Below, one piece after another: positions 23,030-35,634 of a stretch of 64,000 bases of DNA (position 1 is its first letter; each line of letters begins with the position of its first letter). The DNA is taken from the NCBI GenBank assembly GCA_950097015.1, contig CATNEN010000041.1, forward strand, positions 1,116,001 to 1,180,000, given 5' to 3'. The notes under the pieces are model-generated. The model saw only the letters and a program-made list of their open reading frames with translations. It had not been told where the DNA came from and searched no databases. A program made the translations under genes and the position numbers. The DNA comes from Macrostomum hystrix. Taxonomy: Eukaryota; Animalia; Platyhelminthes.

Positions 23030-23290
23030 AGAGTAGGGGAGAGAGGGTAGGGGAGAGAGGGTAGGGGAGAGAGGGTAGGTGAGAGAGGGTAGGTGAGAGA
23101 GGGTAGGGGAGAGAGGGTAGGGGAGAGAGGGTAGGGGAGAGAGGGTAGGGGAGAGAGGGTAGGGGAGAGAGGGTAGGGGAGAGAGGGTAGGGGAGAGAGG
23201 GTAGGGGAGAGAGGGTAGGGGAGAGAGGGTAGGGGAGAGAGGGTAGGGGAGAGAGGGTAGGGGAGAGAGGGCAGGGGAGAGAGGGCAGGA
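23030..23290. repeat. 14-bp purine-rich minisatellite (GGGGAGAGAGGGTA)
   Basis: About 18 tandem copies. Confidence 0.95.
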
Positions 23291-25199
23291 TAGAGAGGCC
23301 GAGTGAGAAGGATAGGGGACAGATATGGTACTCTTTTCCATCAGGCAGGCTTACATTGTAGCTCGTATGTATTGCAATAATTTCCCATTTTATCCAAGAC
23401 ATTTGTAGAGCACTGGGCAGCGCTAGAGTGAAAAGGAGTTAGAACTCGGACGATGGCAGAGAAGCAGACAGGTATAGAAATTGGGAATCGGAAAGGAAGA
23501 AGTTCGCAGGCAGGTGTATCCATCGAGGCAGCGCTGCCGGGGCAATGATTATGCATTAGCATCGCCTACCTCGGAGTGAGAGCGGAAAAATTTTGGGTGA
23601 GTGGATTTACTGCTGGCCGGTGGGAATGCCAGAAGGGGATGCAAGGAAGTGGGCAATTTATTCAGCTTTGGGGAGGATGGGAGCAGAATGCAGTTTATCT
23701 GGAGGAGGCAGAGGATTTGGGATTCCGCAAGTCAGAATCCACGAACGAAGGCGTGGCTCGCAGTTGTTGGAATCGGTGAATCTGTGTTGCAGTTGTCAAA
23801 CATCCAGTGATCTAAGATGAATGATGCTGGGGGAGCTGCTGCTGCTGCACCCAACTGTTCGAGCTGTCCACCTTGACAGCCGACTGTCAATCAAAGAGGC
23901 GGCCCGGATCTGCTTGGCTCTCCCTGGGACAGGAGGGAGTGAAATCTGAAGATGCTGGTCGGCGTCCTTGGAGACCCGGGCACTGCGTTAACTATTCATG
24001 GAGACAAAATAATTAACGGTGCGTGCCTCTGAACAGACGAGACTAAGTTCTGGTGTCGGCATCTTAATTGGAACTTATCTCTTGGCTTAATCCCTTGGCT
24101 AATACAAGCCCACAGCACGCGAACAATGGGGAGTGTGAGTATGCAAAATTATCCCCCCCAGACAGTCAGTGAGCCGGTCGGGTCTCACGGGACCTGCCAA
24201 GAAAAAAATCCGGGAAGAAATCGTCGAGGCATTTTCGGGATCTTAATTAATTATCGTTGTTTATTCCCCCTTGGATTTCGTTATTCCTTTTCTCAAAAAA
24301 ATCCCTAAGGCGAATATTATTTGATGCGTTTCTTAGAAAATTCCATTCCCCTCTGCTCAAGTAGATTCTCTGGGATCTGGGCTCTGCATTGCGAGGCAGG
24401 GAGAGACTTACCTGCCCCTCTCTGATATCCAAAAAACTGCAGAGATTGTAATTATCCTACACGAATTCCCACAGGCCTCAGCCTGTTGCTAGGACCGGTA
24501 AACAGGGAGACACAGCTGAGGGGGCATGCCGCATTTCAGGAGAGCCTCGAGTGGCCCAGTACATTTAGGGATTAAAGTCTCAGGCGGAGGCAGTGAATGG
24601 CGAAGCAACTCAAGTGTCAGCTCACAGTGGAAGACGGTTGCCTTTGTCTACGCCGCACCCACCCCACTCCGCTTCCAGGTGAAGATTTCGTCTGCGAGAG
24701 GCCAGACTCCCACCCCCTCCAGGCCAGACGGCATCCGGCGGGCCGAGTCTGCTAGCTGCGGAATAAGAGCTTTCTCCGGTTCGCCCAGCAACACGGATGG
24801 GGCCTGAGCAGCCCGGGAACCGTGGGGTGCTTTTAGCTGCCCGTCTGGGAATGTAATTTTTATGCTTTCTTTGCTGCGGGTTGAACAGAGCGGGTTAAAA
24901 ATACAGATGGCGGGAGCTGTTTGAACTGAGAATGGAATGGGCAAATTAAGTGTCTGTCACCTTCAAAGCACCTTCAATTGAGGATCGTGATTTTAATTGC
25001 AGCTGTATCCGACAAAATTCCAATCGATTTTCAAATCAAAAGGATTTGGAGTTGTCGCTGTGATAATTCGCTGGTGCTTCTCAAAGAGTGGATTTTTTGC
25101 TAAGGACCCTCCCTGGCTTTTTGAAACCGAAAAACCTATGTGTTAAGATGCGGATTTTTTAAGGCGGATTATGAAACATGAATTTTATGAACACGGGCT

Positions 25200-25620
25200 T
25201 CATGAGAATAATTTCAGGGAGGAATTTCGGGAAGGGAGCTTAAGGAAGGGGACTTCGGAAGCGTCGGTAGCGGCAGCTCTCGGGAAAGAGATTTCGAAAT
25301 AGGGTTTTAGGAAGCGGATTTGAGAGGCGGAATCGGGAAAGGGATTTTAGGAAGGGGATTACTGGAAGTAAATTTCAGGAATAGAATTTCAGGAAAGGGA
25401 TTTCAGGAATGGGATTGCAGGAAAGGGATATCAGGAATGGGATTGCAGGAAAGGGATTTCAGGAATGGGTTTTCAGGAAAGGGATTTCACGAAAGGTATT
25501 TTAGGAATGGGATTTCAGGAAAGAAATTTCAGGAAAGGGATTTCAGGAATGGGATTTCAGGAATGGGATTTCAGGAATGGGATTTCAGGAAAGGGATTTT
25601 AGGATAGGAATTTGGAGAAT
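25200..25620. repeat. Degenerate 13-14-bp repeat (GGGATTTCAGGAA[T])
   Basis: Best conserved at 25370-25610. Confidence 0.8.
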
Positions 25621-26104
25621 AGGATTTTATAAGTGATTTTTGGGCCGCTAGGTGCTAATTTTCGGACGGATGATTTCGAATGAGTATATTTAATCGACTG
25701 CGATTATTGAGAAAAACAGTTTTAGAAAATTTGGCCACTTTGTGAAGAAGTGCTGAGAATTCCAGGAAATGGAATTTCCGGACCTGAGAGCCGGTGCATT
25801 ATTAATTTGGTCTATCTCAGACTTAGGGTTTAGGGGCTTCTCAAAAGCTAAAAAACTTCGGTCAGAGGGAACTATCCGCTTTTTTTGTTAAAAAAACGCA
25901 GATGGAAAAGTCCGACTGGGTCACTAGAGACAGAAGCTGGCTGGCGGAAAGTCAATTTTGTCGTCACGCACTCGCGGCCAGCGACTGGCAGAGCTCGGGC
26001 GCGTGCCCAACTCACAATTTTACCGCTGGCGCCCCTGGCTGCCCTCCCTGCCGATGCAGAACCCACAGTCTGTCCCCCAGCCAGTCAGTCTGTCCCCCAG
26101 CCAT

Positions 26105-26285
26105 TCAGTCAGTCAGTCAGTCAGTCAGTCAGTCAGTCAGTCAGTCAGTCAGTCAGTCAGTCAGTCAGTCAGTCAGTCAGTCAGTCAGTCAGTCAGTCAG
26201 TCAGTCAGTCAGTCAGTCAGTCAGTCAGTCAGTCAGTCAGTCAGTCAGTCAGTCAGTCAGTCAGTCAGTCAGTCAGTCAGTCAGT
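26105..26285. repeat. (CAGT)n microsatellite
   Basis: Uninterrupted run of about 45 copies. Confidence 0.98.
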
Positions 26286-29185
26286 AGGGATGCGGGCAGG
26301 TATTTACACGAACAAGTGAATGGTTCAGCGGGGATGATGGCGGATGAATCCAGGAGACGCAGCCTCATAGGAAAACATCAGGAAAAAAAGCTGGCAACGC
26401 TGGGAATGAGGGCGGGCAGGGGGCGGCTGGGGGCAGCGGAATAGTAAACAGACCAGGCGGCCAACCGGTGGGGCAGGTGTGAGTGACGGGTGCGCAGACC
26501 TTTTTTCCTCTTCGCTCCAAGCCAAACAAACACGGAGGCGGCCCGAAGCCGTGTGACATTCGGCATCCGCGCCCCGTCCCCCCCCGCTGAGGAGGCTGGG
26601 AGCGTAGCGGCTGCAGCGGCAAAGTCGGGTCACGGGCCGCAGGAGCTGTGCGCTGTCTGTGAGGGCTGGGGAGGCGCCTCAGACATTTCACTGCTTGGCT
26701 GAACTGCAGAACGCGGCTTCCCACTATGCGAGATGCATCTCACTAGGAGCTGCAACACCTGCTACGCCTCAACCTACCAGCTTTTCAAATGAGAAAGTAA
26801 AGAAGTTTGAGAGGCTCCTTGATGGCCTGTATTGCCATCGCGTGGCGTGGAGGACTGTCGCAAGCTTTTGAGGCAGTGCAGATGACTCAGATATTCAGAT
26901 CTCAAATTTGCGGGATCTGGCGGGAAAGACTTGGACAGTGACGAGTTTTCCATGTTGAAGCCGACTCAGCTAAAAGTGCATCAGAATGGCGAGTGAGAGT
27001 TTTTGTTTTGACAATGGCCAAATGAAAGAGAGTGAGAGTGAATGGCGTGGCTCTTTAGGGAAATCTGTCGCATTCTAGTTCTGCTTTGCAGACAGTGCGG
27101 CGAGTCCAGAGTCAGGAAATCGGGGTCAAGACAGAGCAGGCCTCATTCGCATCGATTTCACAACGCAACTACAGAAGGCTGCAGCTTTTATTTCATCGCA
27201 GCTCTTTAGCTCTGATTGATTGATTGCAGCTGAGCGCCAAGCCCCTAGCAAATCTAAAGTCCAACAAAAATCTAATTCCTCAACTTAATTCCATCAGGGA
27301 GGTGAGAGACAGCGCGTGTCTCACGGCCAGTGCAGCTTGGAACCACGGCGAGAGGTCTTGGAACTAGGGAGAGAGGGGCATACTTCCTCACAATTCCCCT
27401 TCCATTGCTTGTCAGCGATTTTGGCGAATCCCCTGCGTGTCTGCCTCGCCCTCTCGCCCTCCTCGCCCACCGCCCACCCCAGCCACCCGGGAGTCGCCTC
27501 ACCCCCCAGCTTGGCTACAAATTAGCCGATCAGGGCTGCTGTGCGACGCGAGCTCGGGCCCGCATCCGCACACAGGAAGCAACAGGACAGCAGCGCGAGA
27601 GACTGCAGATTTTTACCGGCCAGTTTAGCCAACCCAGGTGAGATTTGGGGGATTAAATATTTTTAATCATTTCAAATCAACAAAAGACTGCCTGCCGATT
27701 CAGCGGCAATCGCCGAAATTGCTTTTGACGAGTCGGAAGGGTGCCGGCGATGCCAACTAATCAACATTTGCCTGCTAATTTATTGTCTGTTTCTTTGTTT
27801 TACGCGCGCAGACCAACGGAGCAGCGGCCCGCAGGTTATTAAATATTCACGGCGAATGCCGCTGCCTGCGCTCGAGTCCCCTGTTGATCCCCGAGAAGCC
27901 CGGTGTGTTTTTTGCAACTTGAGCTGGGGGGGGGGCGGGCTGGCTGGCTCGAACAACAAAAATCCTTCGATTTTCGCGCTCTGCCGCGTCGCTAATCCTG
28001 TTCGCACCTCTCCGTAATCCCAGACTTCACAAACACAGCCCCGTTTTAATCCGACAAATGTGAAAGCCCCGTCCTGTCCCTGGCCGTAGGGTGAGGGTGG
28101 GGAGTTGTTTGTCAACGCTGAAAAGTCCAAGAAAAGTCCATGGAAGTGACGGGGATGGGGGGGGGGAACGCTGTCGCACTAAATGGGACAAATATCCAAT
28201 GTTCCCTAGAATGTCAGTTTGAGGTGATTCAAAAATTTTCCCTGGAGTTGGCAGACGATAAAACCAAAGCAGAGTCGGATAGTAATTTGAAGAGTGTGTC
28301 CGAACTATGCCCGCTGAGGGGCTTCAGCTCCTACCTGCTGTTGTAAGGGCTCATTGGGACCTGAGATCGGTTCTCACACAACTGTCGCAGCCGGGTGTCA
28401 GAGAGCGGCTGTTGAGCGGGTCCTATTTGCTCACCTAACAATCGCATTTTTCAAAAGAACAAAAGAGGGCCGAGGTGGGAAGCTTCCGATTTCTGCTTGC
28501 TATCCCAGCTCACCTACACAGAGCAAACAAGAGAGAATGCGATGCCACCGTTAAGTCCCCCGTGTTCAACTCCCCCATTGATCCTCGCAGCAGACCAGCC
28601 TTGTGCCTCAAACTCGCGTCGAGACTGCCAGTCAGCTAAGATTAAAAGCTACAGACAGGTCAAATTAGAGGCTAATTAGTGCGAGAATCCTCCTAGAAAA
28701 GAACTCAAAGAGCTGATTACGAGATCAATCCTACTAAGTACTGAGCCGGTAGAGTGACACCTGATCCCGAATTTACGAAAAAAAAGTTATCCCGGATGAT
28801 TTTGAAAAGACTAGAACAGCTCTTGAGAAACGGCCTTCTAAAGCGCAACAATTTTTCACAGGATTAAGGAAACCTGCGAGACATTCAAGGACAGGTGCTG
28901 AGACTCCAGGCGCACTCGCCCGCCTCATTACTAATCCCATTAGGCTCTTTCACAGCTCCACTCCATCATTTTCAAAGCGCGGGCGGCTGCCATCCCCGAC
29001 TGAAAGTCCCGCTGCCTTTCCTCCTTACCTTTCCAATCCAGCCCTGACAACCGGGTCTTCTGCTTAATTAGCTCCCGGCATCAGCCAGGCGTTTTTTGTT
29101 CCCATTGCCAGGTATTTAACTGGCACACTTAATCGACTGCCAACCTGGCCTATCCCGCAGAAACAGCAGCAGCAGCTGGGCGACA

Positions 29186-30379
29186 ATGTCCAACAACAGC
29201 ACCATCTACCACCCAGCGTGGATGCGAGGCGTCACCATCAGCTTCTACGCCACAATAGGCCTCATGGGCGCCCTCGGCAACGCCCTGGTGGTCTTTGTTG
29301 TGTTGCGCAAGCGCAGCATGCAGACCATAACCAACATCTTCATCACCAATATGGCCATCTCAGACATCATCATGAGCACACTCAATGTGCCGCTCACCCC
29401 GGCCGCCATGTTCATGGACAGCTGGACCCTGCCTCCCCTGGTGTGCAAGCTCATGCCAATGACCATGGGGGTGTCTGTGTACGTCTCCAGCCTGACCTCC
29501 ACGGCCATCGCCATCGACCGCTACTTCGTGATCGTCCACCCCTTCGTGCCGCGGATGAAGACCTGCCTCTGCCTACTGATTGTTTTCGTAGTCTGGCTGG
29601 TGGCCGTACTGATTAGCACACCGATCGCCGTGTTCCAGAAGATCAAAGTCTCCGAGGACGGCACCAAGGTGAGCTGCATCGAGGACTGGAAGGCCGAGTA
29701 CCGCGCCGTGTTCACCGTGATCAGCTTCGTGCTGCAGTTCCTGCTGCCCTGCGCCATCATCACCGTCTGCTACACGAAGGTCAGCATCACACTGAGCAAC
29801 CGCTACAAGAACAACACCCTGGCCAACAAGTCGCGCACCAAGGAGGAGCTGGACATCCGGCGGAAGCGGCGCACCAACCGCATGCTGATTGCCATGGTGG
29901 CCATCTTCGTGATCTGCTGGATCCCACTCAACCTGCTGTGGATGGTCAAGGACATCAGCTTCATCAACGAGAACCTGTTCCAGGGCCTGTTCTTCATCTG
30001 CCACGTGCTGGCCATGAGCTCCGTGATGTACAACCCGTTTCTCTACGGCTGGATGAACAACAACTTCCAGAAGGAGTTTAAGAGCCTCATGCCAGCCTGT
30101 CTGCGGCCTGCCGACGGTGGCGCGGCCGGTGGTGGCGGCGCTGGTGGCGGCGGCGCGGGCGGCTGCCAGTCGCGCAACAACACCACCTGCCGCTACTCCA
30201 GCGTCGAGCGCAACCGCAGGCGCGCCAACGGAGCTCCGGAGGACGGCATCGAGGAGGACGACGAGATCGGCGACGATGATGACGTTGACGAAATTCAGGA
30301 GGTGCCTGCGCAACTGGCGGATTCGCAGCAGCTGCAGGAGGTCGGCGCGCCAATGGTGAGTTCAGGCACAGCTCGTTAG
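29186..30379 (+). CDS. Intronless class A neuropeptide GPCR (NPY/sNPF/prolactin-releasing-peptide receptor-like), 397 aa
   Basis: Seven hydrophobic segments with GN (TM1), NMAISD (TM2), DRY, W in TM4, FVLQFLLP (TM5), RRKRRTNRML, CWIPL (TM6) and NPFLYGWMN.NF (TM7). Strong GC3 bias. Acceptor-like cgcag ends at 29160. Confidence 0.95.
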   Translation: MSNNSTIYHPAWMRGVTISFYATIGLMGALGNALVVFVVLRKRSMQTITNIFITNMAISDIIMSTLNVPLTPAAMFMDSWTLPPLVCKLMPMTMGVSVYVSSLTSTAIAIDRYFVIVHPFVPRMKTCLCLLIVFVVWLVAVLISTPIAVFQKIKVSEDGTKVSCIEDWKAEYRAVFTVISFVLQFLLPCAIITVCYTKVSITLSNRYKNNTLANKSRTKEELDIRRKRRTNRMLIAMVAIFVICWIPLNLLWMVKDISFINENLFQGLFFICHVLAMSSVMYNPFLYGWMNNNFQKEFKSLMPACLRPADGGAAGGGGAGGGGAGGCQSRNNTTCRYSSVERNRRRANGAPEDGIEEDDEIGDDDDVDEIQEVPAQLADSQQLQEVGAPMVSSGTAR

Positions 30380-30796
30380 CTCAGAAATCACAGCATTTTT
30401 GTATCGGGTCGACACCTTACCAACCTACTGGAGAAGCAGCCGCAGCAGCAGCAGCAGAAGAAGCGCCGTTTCTGGTGGATCAGAGCAAACTGACGGCATG
30501 CCGGGGAGCAGGCAGGAAAAAGATTCAATAAACCGCACTGAGCCATTTTACAGTTTTACCTGTTCATTGTAACTGCCAAGGCATACTCGCGATGTCTACC
30601 TGTTTCACGTTTCATTCTCTGTAAAACAAGCAATTGCATGCGAGCAACACTTTTTTAACTGCCCTTGTTTATTGAGTGTCTCAAACAGTTCATTGTGAAA
30701 TACGACTGGCAATATGCGCGACTGGCCAGTCTGCTGTTCGTCAATTTTTACTGCACTCATACTTATTTTTGTTTTCTAGTGCCGCAAAATTTTCTG

Positions 30797-31826
30797 TCAG
30801 TGGGTCGCCGCCTCATACCCACCCCAGTCCTCAGTGGGTCGGCTACTCTCACCCACCCCAGTCCTCAGTGGGTCGGCTACTCTCACCCACCCCAGTCCTC
30901 AGTGGGTCGCAGCCTCTCACCCACCCCAGTCCTCAGTGGGTCGCAGCCTCTCACCCACCCCAGTCCTCAGTGGGTCGCAGCCTCTCACCCACCCCAGTCC
31001 TCAGTGGGTCGCAGCCTCATACCCACCCCAGTCCTCAGTGGGTCGGCTACTCTCACCCACCCCAGTCCTCAGTGGGTCGGCTACTCTCACCCACCCCAGT
31101 CCTCAGTGGGTCGCAGCCTCTCACCCACCCCAGTCCTCAGTGGGTCGCAGCCTCTCACCCACCCCAGTCCTCAGTGGGTCGCAGCCTCTCACCCACCCCA
31201 GTCCTCAGTGGGTCGCAGCCTCTCACCCACCCCAGTCCTCAGTGGGTCGGCTACTCTCACCCACCCCAGTCCTCAGTGGGTCGCAGCCTCTCACCCACCC
31301 CAGTCCTCAGTGGGTCGCAGCCTCTCACCCACCCCAGTCCTCAGTGGGTCGCAGCCTCTCACCCACCCCAGTCCTCAGTGGGTCGCAGCCTCTCACCCAC
31401 CCCAGTCCTCAGTGGGTCGCAGCCTCTCACCCACCCCAGTCCTCAGTGGGTCGCAGCCTCTCACCCACCCCAGTCCTCAGTGGGTCGCAGCCTCTCACCC
31501 ACCCCAGTCCTCAGTGGGTCGCAGCCTTTCACCCACCCCAGTCCTCAGTGGGTCGCAGCCTCTCACCCACCCCAGTCCTCAGTGGGTCGCAGCCTCTCAC
31601 CCACCCCAGTCCTCAGTGGGTCGCAGCCTCATACCCACCCCAGTCCTCAGTGGGTCGCAGCCTCTCACCCACCCCAGTCCTCAGTGGGTCGGCTACTCTC
31701 ACCCACCCCAGTCCTCAGTGGGTCGGCTACTCTCACCCACCCCAGTCCTCAGTGGGTCGGCTACTCTCACCCACCCCAGTCCTCAGTGGGTCGCAGCCTC
31801 TCACCCACCCCAGTCCTCAGTGGGAC
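30797..31826. repeat. 34-bp minisatellite (CCCACCCCAGTCCTCAGTGGGTCGCAGCCTCTCA), about 30 copies
   Basis: The unit has no stop codon on +, which produces three parallel repeat ORFs. Confidence 0.97.
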
Positions 31827-33059
31827 ACATTAACCCATTCCGCTGTTTCAAAGATGATCTGCGCATTGTCTCGTGAATGAAGCTATTTTATTTTGCCTGT
31901 CAGATATAATTATGATCGCGAACAGTTTTTGTCTCCTGTTGCTATCCACTCCACTCCAATCGACCGCCGGCGAGAGTCGTCAAGCTGAAAAAGCGCCCTG
32001 AACTGCCGACCCGCATGCCTGCATCGCATCCATGCCTTCAGCCCCTACCTGAGCCGCAGCCGCAGCCTCTTCAGCTTCATCAAATCAAATTTACTCAGAC
32101 TCAAAATCCAATTTCTAAATCCGAGTTCGTCAGTTTTCGGTACATTTCTTCCTCCGCAGACTCCGCATGAAGTCCTCAAAAGATGTTTTATATTTTTTCA
32201 TATTTTTTATTTATTTCGTGTCAAGTCACTCGTCCCGCCTGTTCCTCTGTTCGGATGTTTCTAGAATTTTTTGCCAGGATTACTCAATTTCTGAGCCAGC
32301 CCTGCGGCAACTGTACCGATCCGCTCACAGCGCGTCCGAAAGGAAAATGTGAAAAATGTCCCCAATTTTTTCGCTCTGTTGTTTTCTTTCTTGTGACTCA
32401 AAATAACAGCCAACAAACGTGTTTCCAGGCGGCTTGCAAAGGGGAGCCAAAACATCGGAGTTGAGGGTGTGGGCGGTTTGCCACGCGTGCAGTAGCGAAA
32501 AATTACATCAGGATTAAATTGGGATTTGGGCGGCTAGATCAAAGGCAACAGACCGCGGACACTGAAGCAGCTCCCCCAGATTTTTCGAGGCCGGAACTCT
32601 CCTCCTCGGCGAGTGGGGAGAACGAACTGAGACTGAGAGGAAAGTTCACAGCGGGAAGGGACAGCAATAGCCGGTCATAAGATCCTGTCCGCCTCCTGGG
32701 AGGCTAGAAATCAGAGCAGCTGGCAGGTGATTTACGATTAGCAGGCTGTTGGCAGAGAAGATGTCGGGCAGGTGCAGCGGGTCCGCCTCCGCCCCCACCC
32801 TCTGCAGTGCTGAGGAAATTTGCGTCTCTCCTGTCCAGCGTGAGCTCATAACTTTGCTGATGCCCGCCTCGACAGCAACTCAGCCAGCAAAAATAAACTC
32901 TGCGGAGAACCCACCCCGGCCCTTGCATCGCGTCATTGAGGATAAATCGAGAGTTTTTAAAATATATTTTTGTATGTTGCTTAAAAATGCACTTCAGATA
33001 CCATTCGCTGCCGTACGAGTACTTTATCGATTGGCTCGTTTAAAATATTAATAAGTAGT

Positions 33060-33280
33060 TTCACCTGGAATAAACCGAAGAACTCAGCGTACTAGCGCCC
33101 TAGCAACGCCATTTTCACCTGTGATAAACCTTTCGAAGTCACAGCCTAGCAACCTTGGAACTCACAGCATAGCAACGCCCTAGCAACGCCAGTTTCACCT
33201 GGGATACACCTTAGAACTCACAGCCTAGCAACGCCAGTTTCACCTGGGATACAGCTTAGAACTCACAGCCTAGCAACGCC
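33060..33280. repeat. Degenerate repeat of about 43-54 bp (TTTCACCTGG...AGAACTCACAGCCTAGCAACGCC)
   Basis: About 4 imperfect copies. Confidence 0.75.
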
Positions 33281-33999
33281 CTAGTTTCTGCTGTTGAAAG
33301 CAACTTAAGTGAAAGTGTCGGCAAGTGAAAGGCTCTGGCTACTCCAGTGCTGAGAGTTGTAAACAGGAAACCAAAAAAGTCTCAACTCGCAACACCGCTG
33401 AATCGCATTATTCAATTTCACTCATAGTCATTACACTTCCCCTAGCCGAAACATATTTACTTCCCCTTTGATCAATCTCTGCCCAGCGGGTGCCCATTCA
33501 GCCGGCCGTCAGTGAGTGTTCGGCAAACGAGAAAAGCGGCCGCCCCCTCCCCCGCCTCCCTCGAGTTGCGCTTCGATCCGAGGAAATGAAGCGGCGGGCT
33601 GAGTCCGGCTTGAGTCCGCCTGAGTGAGTTCTTTGCTCAGCTCAGAATTGGTCGCCAAATTCTTTTAATTAGATCCCTTTGACAGCTTGGGAATAAAATT
33701 TTCTTCAGATGAGACGGCGGGAATAAGAGGGAAATTTTGTTTGAATGCGTTGTGAAAATTTTCAAAGAGTGAGAAGCCAGGAAAGATTCAGGAGTTCAGC
33801 TTAATCAGTTGCCTTAATAAAAGCCAGCCAGTTTAACCTGATTTCAAATATGGCATGTTTGACCAGCGCCTCCGTCACAGCCTTTCATGCCACCCCGGTC
33901 ACTGATAGCGTAGTGTGTACTTTTATCATTCATTGAACTAAAGCTTAAGAAACTGGTCCTGCTCAAGGAATTCATCCTAAATAACTGCGAACATGATAG

Positions 34000-34640
34000 A
34001 GTATAGGGATTTGAGTACGTAGGGACTTCATTGCATAGGGATTTGAGAACGTAGGGACTTCATTTCATAGGGATTTGAGAACGTAGGGACTTCATTGCAT
34101 AGGGACTTGAGTACGTAGGGACTTCATTGCATAGGGACTTGAGTACGTAGGGACTTCATTGCATAGGGATTTGAGAACGTAGGGACTTCATTTCATAGGG
34201 ATTTGAGAACGTAGGGACTTCATTGCATAGGGATTTGAGAACGTAGGGACTTCATTGCATAGGGATTTGAGAACGTAGGGACTTCATTGCATAGGGACTT
34301 GAGTACGTAGGGACTTCATTGCATAGGGATTTGAGTACGTAGGGACTTCATTTCATAGGGATTTGAGAACGTAGGGACTTCATTGCATAGGGATTTGAGA
34401 ACGTAGGGACTTCATTGCATAGGGATTTGAGTACGTAGGGACTTCATTGCATAGGGATTTGAGTACGTAGGGACTTCATTGCATAGGGATTTGAGAACGT
34501 AGGGACTTCATTGCATAGGGATTTGAGTACGTAGGGACTTCATTGCATAGGGATTTGAGAACGTAGGGACTTCATTGCATAGGGATTTGAGAACGTAGGG
34601 ACTTCATTGCATAGGGACTTGAGTGCATAGGGATTTAATT
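34000..34640. repeat. 32-bp minisatellite (GCATAGGGATTTGAGAACGTAGGGACTTCATT), about 19 copies
   Basis: Tandem copies. Confidence 0.97.
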
Positions 34641-35634
34641 GCATAAGGATTTGAGTGCATAGGGATAAATACTGAATATGGTTTTCGGTACATGGAGATT
34701 TCAGCACATAGGCATTTCAGTCCTTTGGTATTTAAGTAAAAATGGGATGATAATAATTAGGGACTGTGGCGAATTGGACCTTCAGTGCAAGCGCACACAC
34801 GGGTTTAGTTGAATAAAGGATCACGAAGATGCCTTTCGCTTAGCTTTCTCTATGGCTTTCGTCAGGCAAAACAGGCAGTAATTCTATCCAACAGCATGGG
34901 GATCGTGTGAGCACAAAGCCGGCGACAAAGGAAAACTTTGCCGGGGATCCGGCGGTAGCGGGACCACTCAGCGGAGCACGCGAGAACGGCCCTGGCTGTA
35001 ACAGATGGAAACTGACACGCTAATGAAGTCCCGCCAGGATTTGTTGAGCACAGTCTGAGCACAGGGTGCCGACCAAGGGCTGACGGGACAGATGCACTGC
35101 TGCAGGCCCGCAGTAATTTATATGCAATCTGGCGGGGCCGCAGCTCGAGTCCCATTGATTAATCTACGAAGCGGGCGGGCAGAAGAAGCACGGCTGGCTG
35201 CTCGGATGTGACAACCAAGGTGCCTTATCCCAGCGGCATTTTCTGCTGGACTGGAAATCCCCTCTTTGGACTGGGAAAGCTGCTCGATCGCCCCAGCAAG
35301 CTCAAAGGCGCGGCTGCTGGAGCGGGACAGATTTTGACAGCTCAGCAAAGACGGCTGCGACAGACAGGCCCGAGCTGCCATGATTGAACGATGAGTAGCG
35401 GCCCATCGCTCTATCAACATCTCATCATCAGTCATTATGGAGCACTGCTCAGAGAGTGCACGGATTTGGCACGCATTGCAGCTACTACAAATATACATTT
35501 CTGCCGAACATGGAGCGCAGACTTCAGACGAAAATAAATTATATATGGCCCTACAAAGTGGGAGAATTACAAGAGGATAAAGAACATTGGCAGAAAGGGT
35601 ATGATTCTCAGAGTAAGGAGTAAGGAGTAAGGAG

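Noticed and set aside
24406-24414. ACTTACCTG matching the U1 snRNA 5' end
   Set aside because: No further U1 sequence follows. It is a minus-strand CAG|GTAAGT donor-like site.
30665-31880. Three parallel 350-400-aa ORFs
   Set aside because: A stop-free 34-bp repeat opens all three frames equally.
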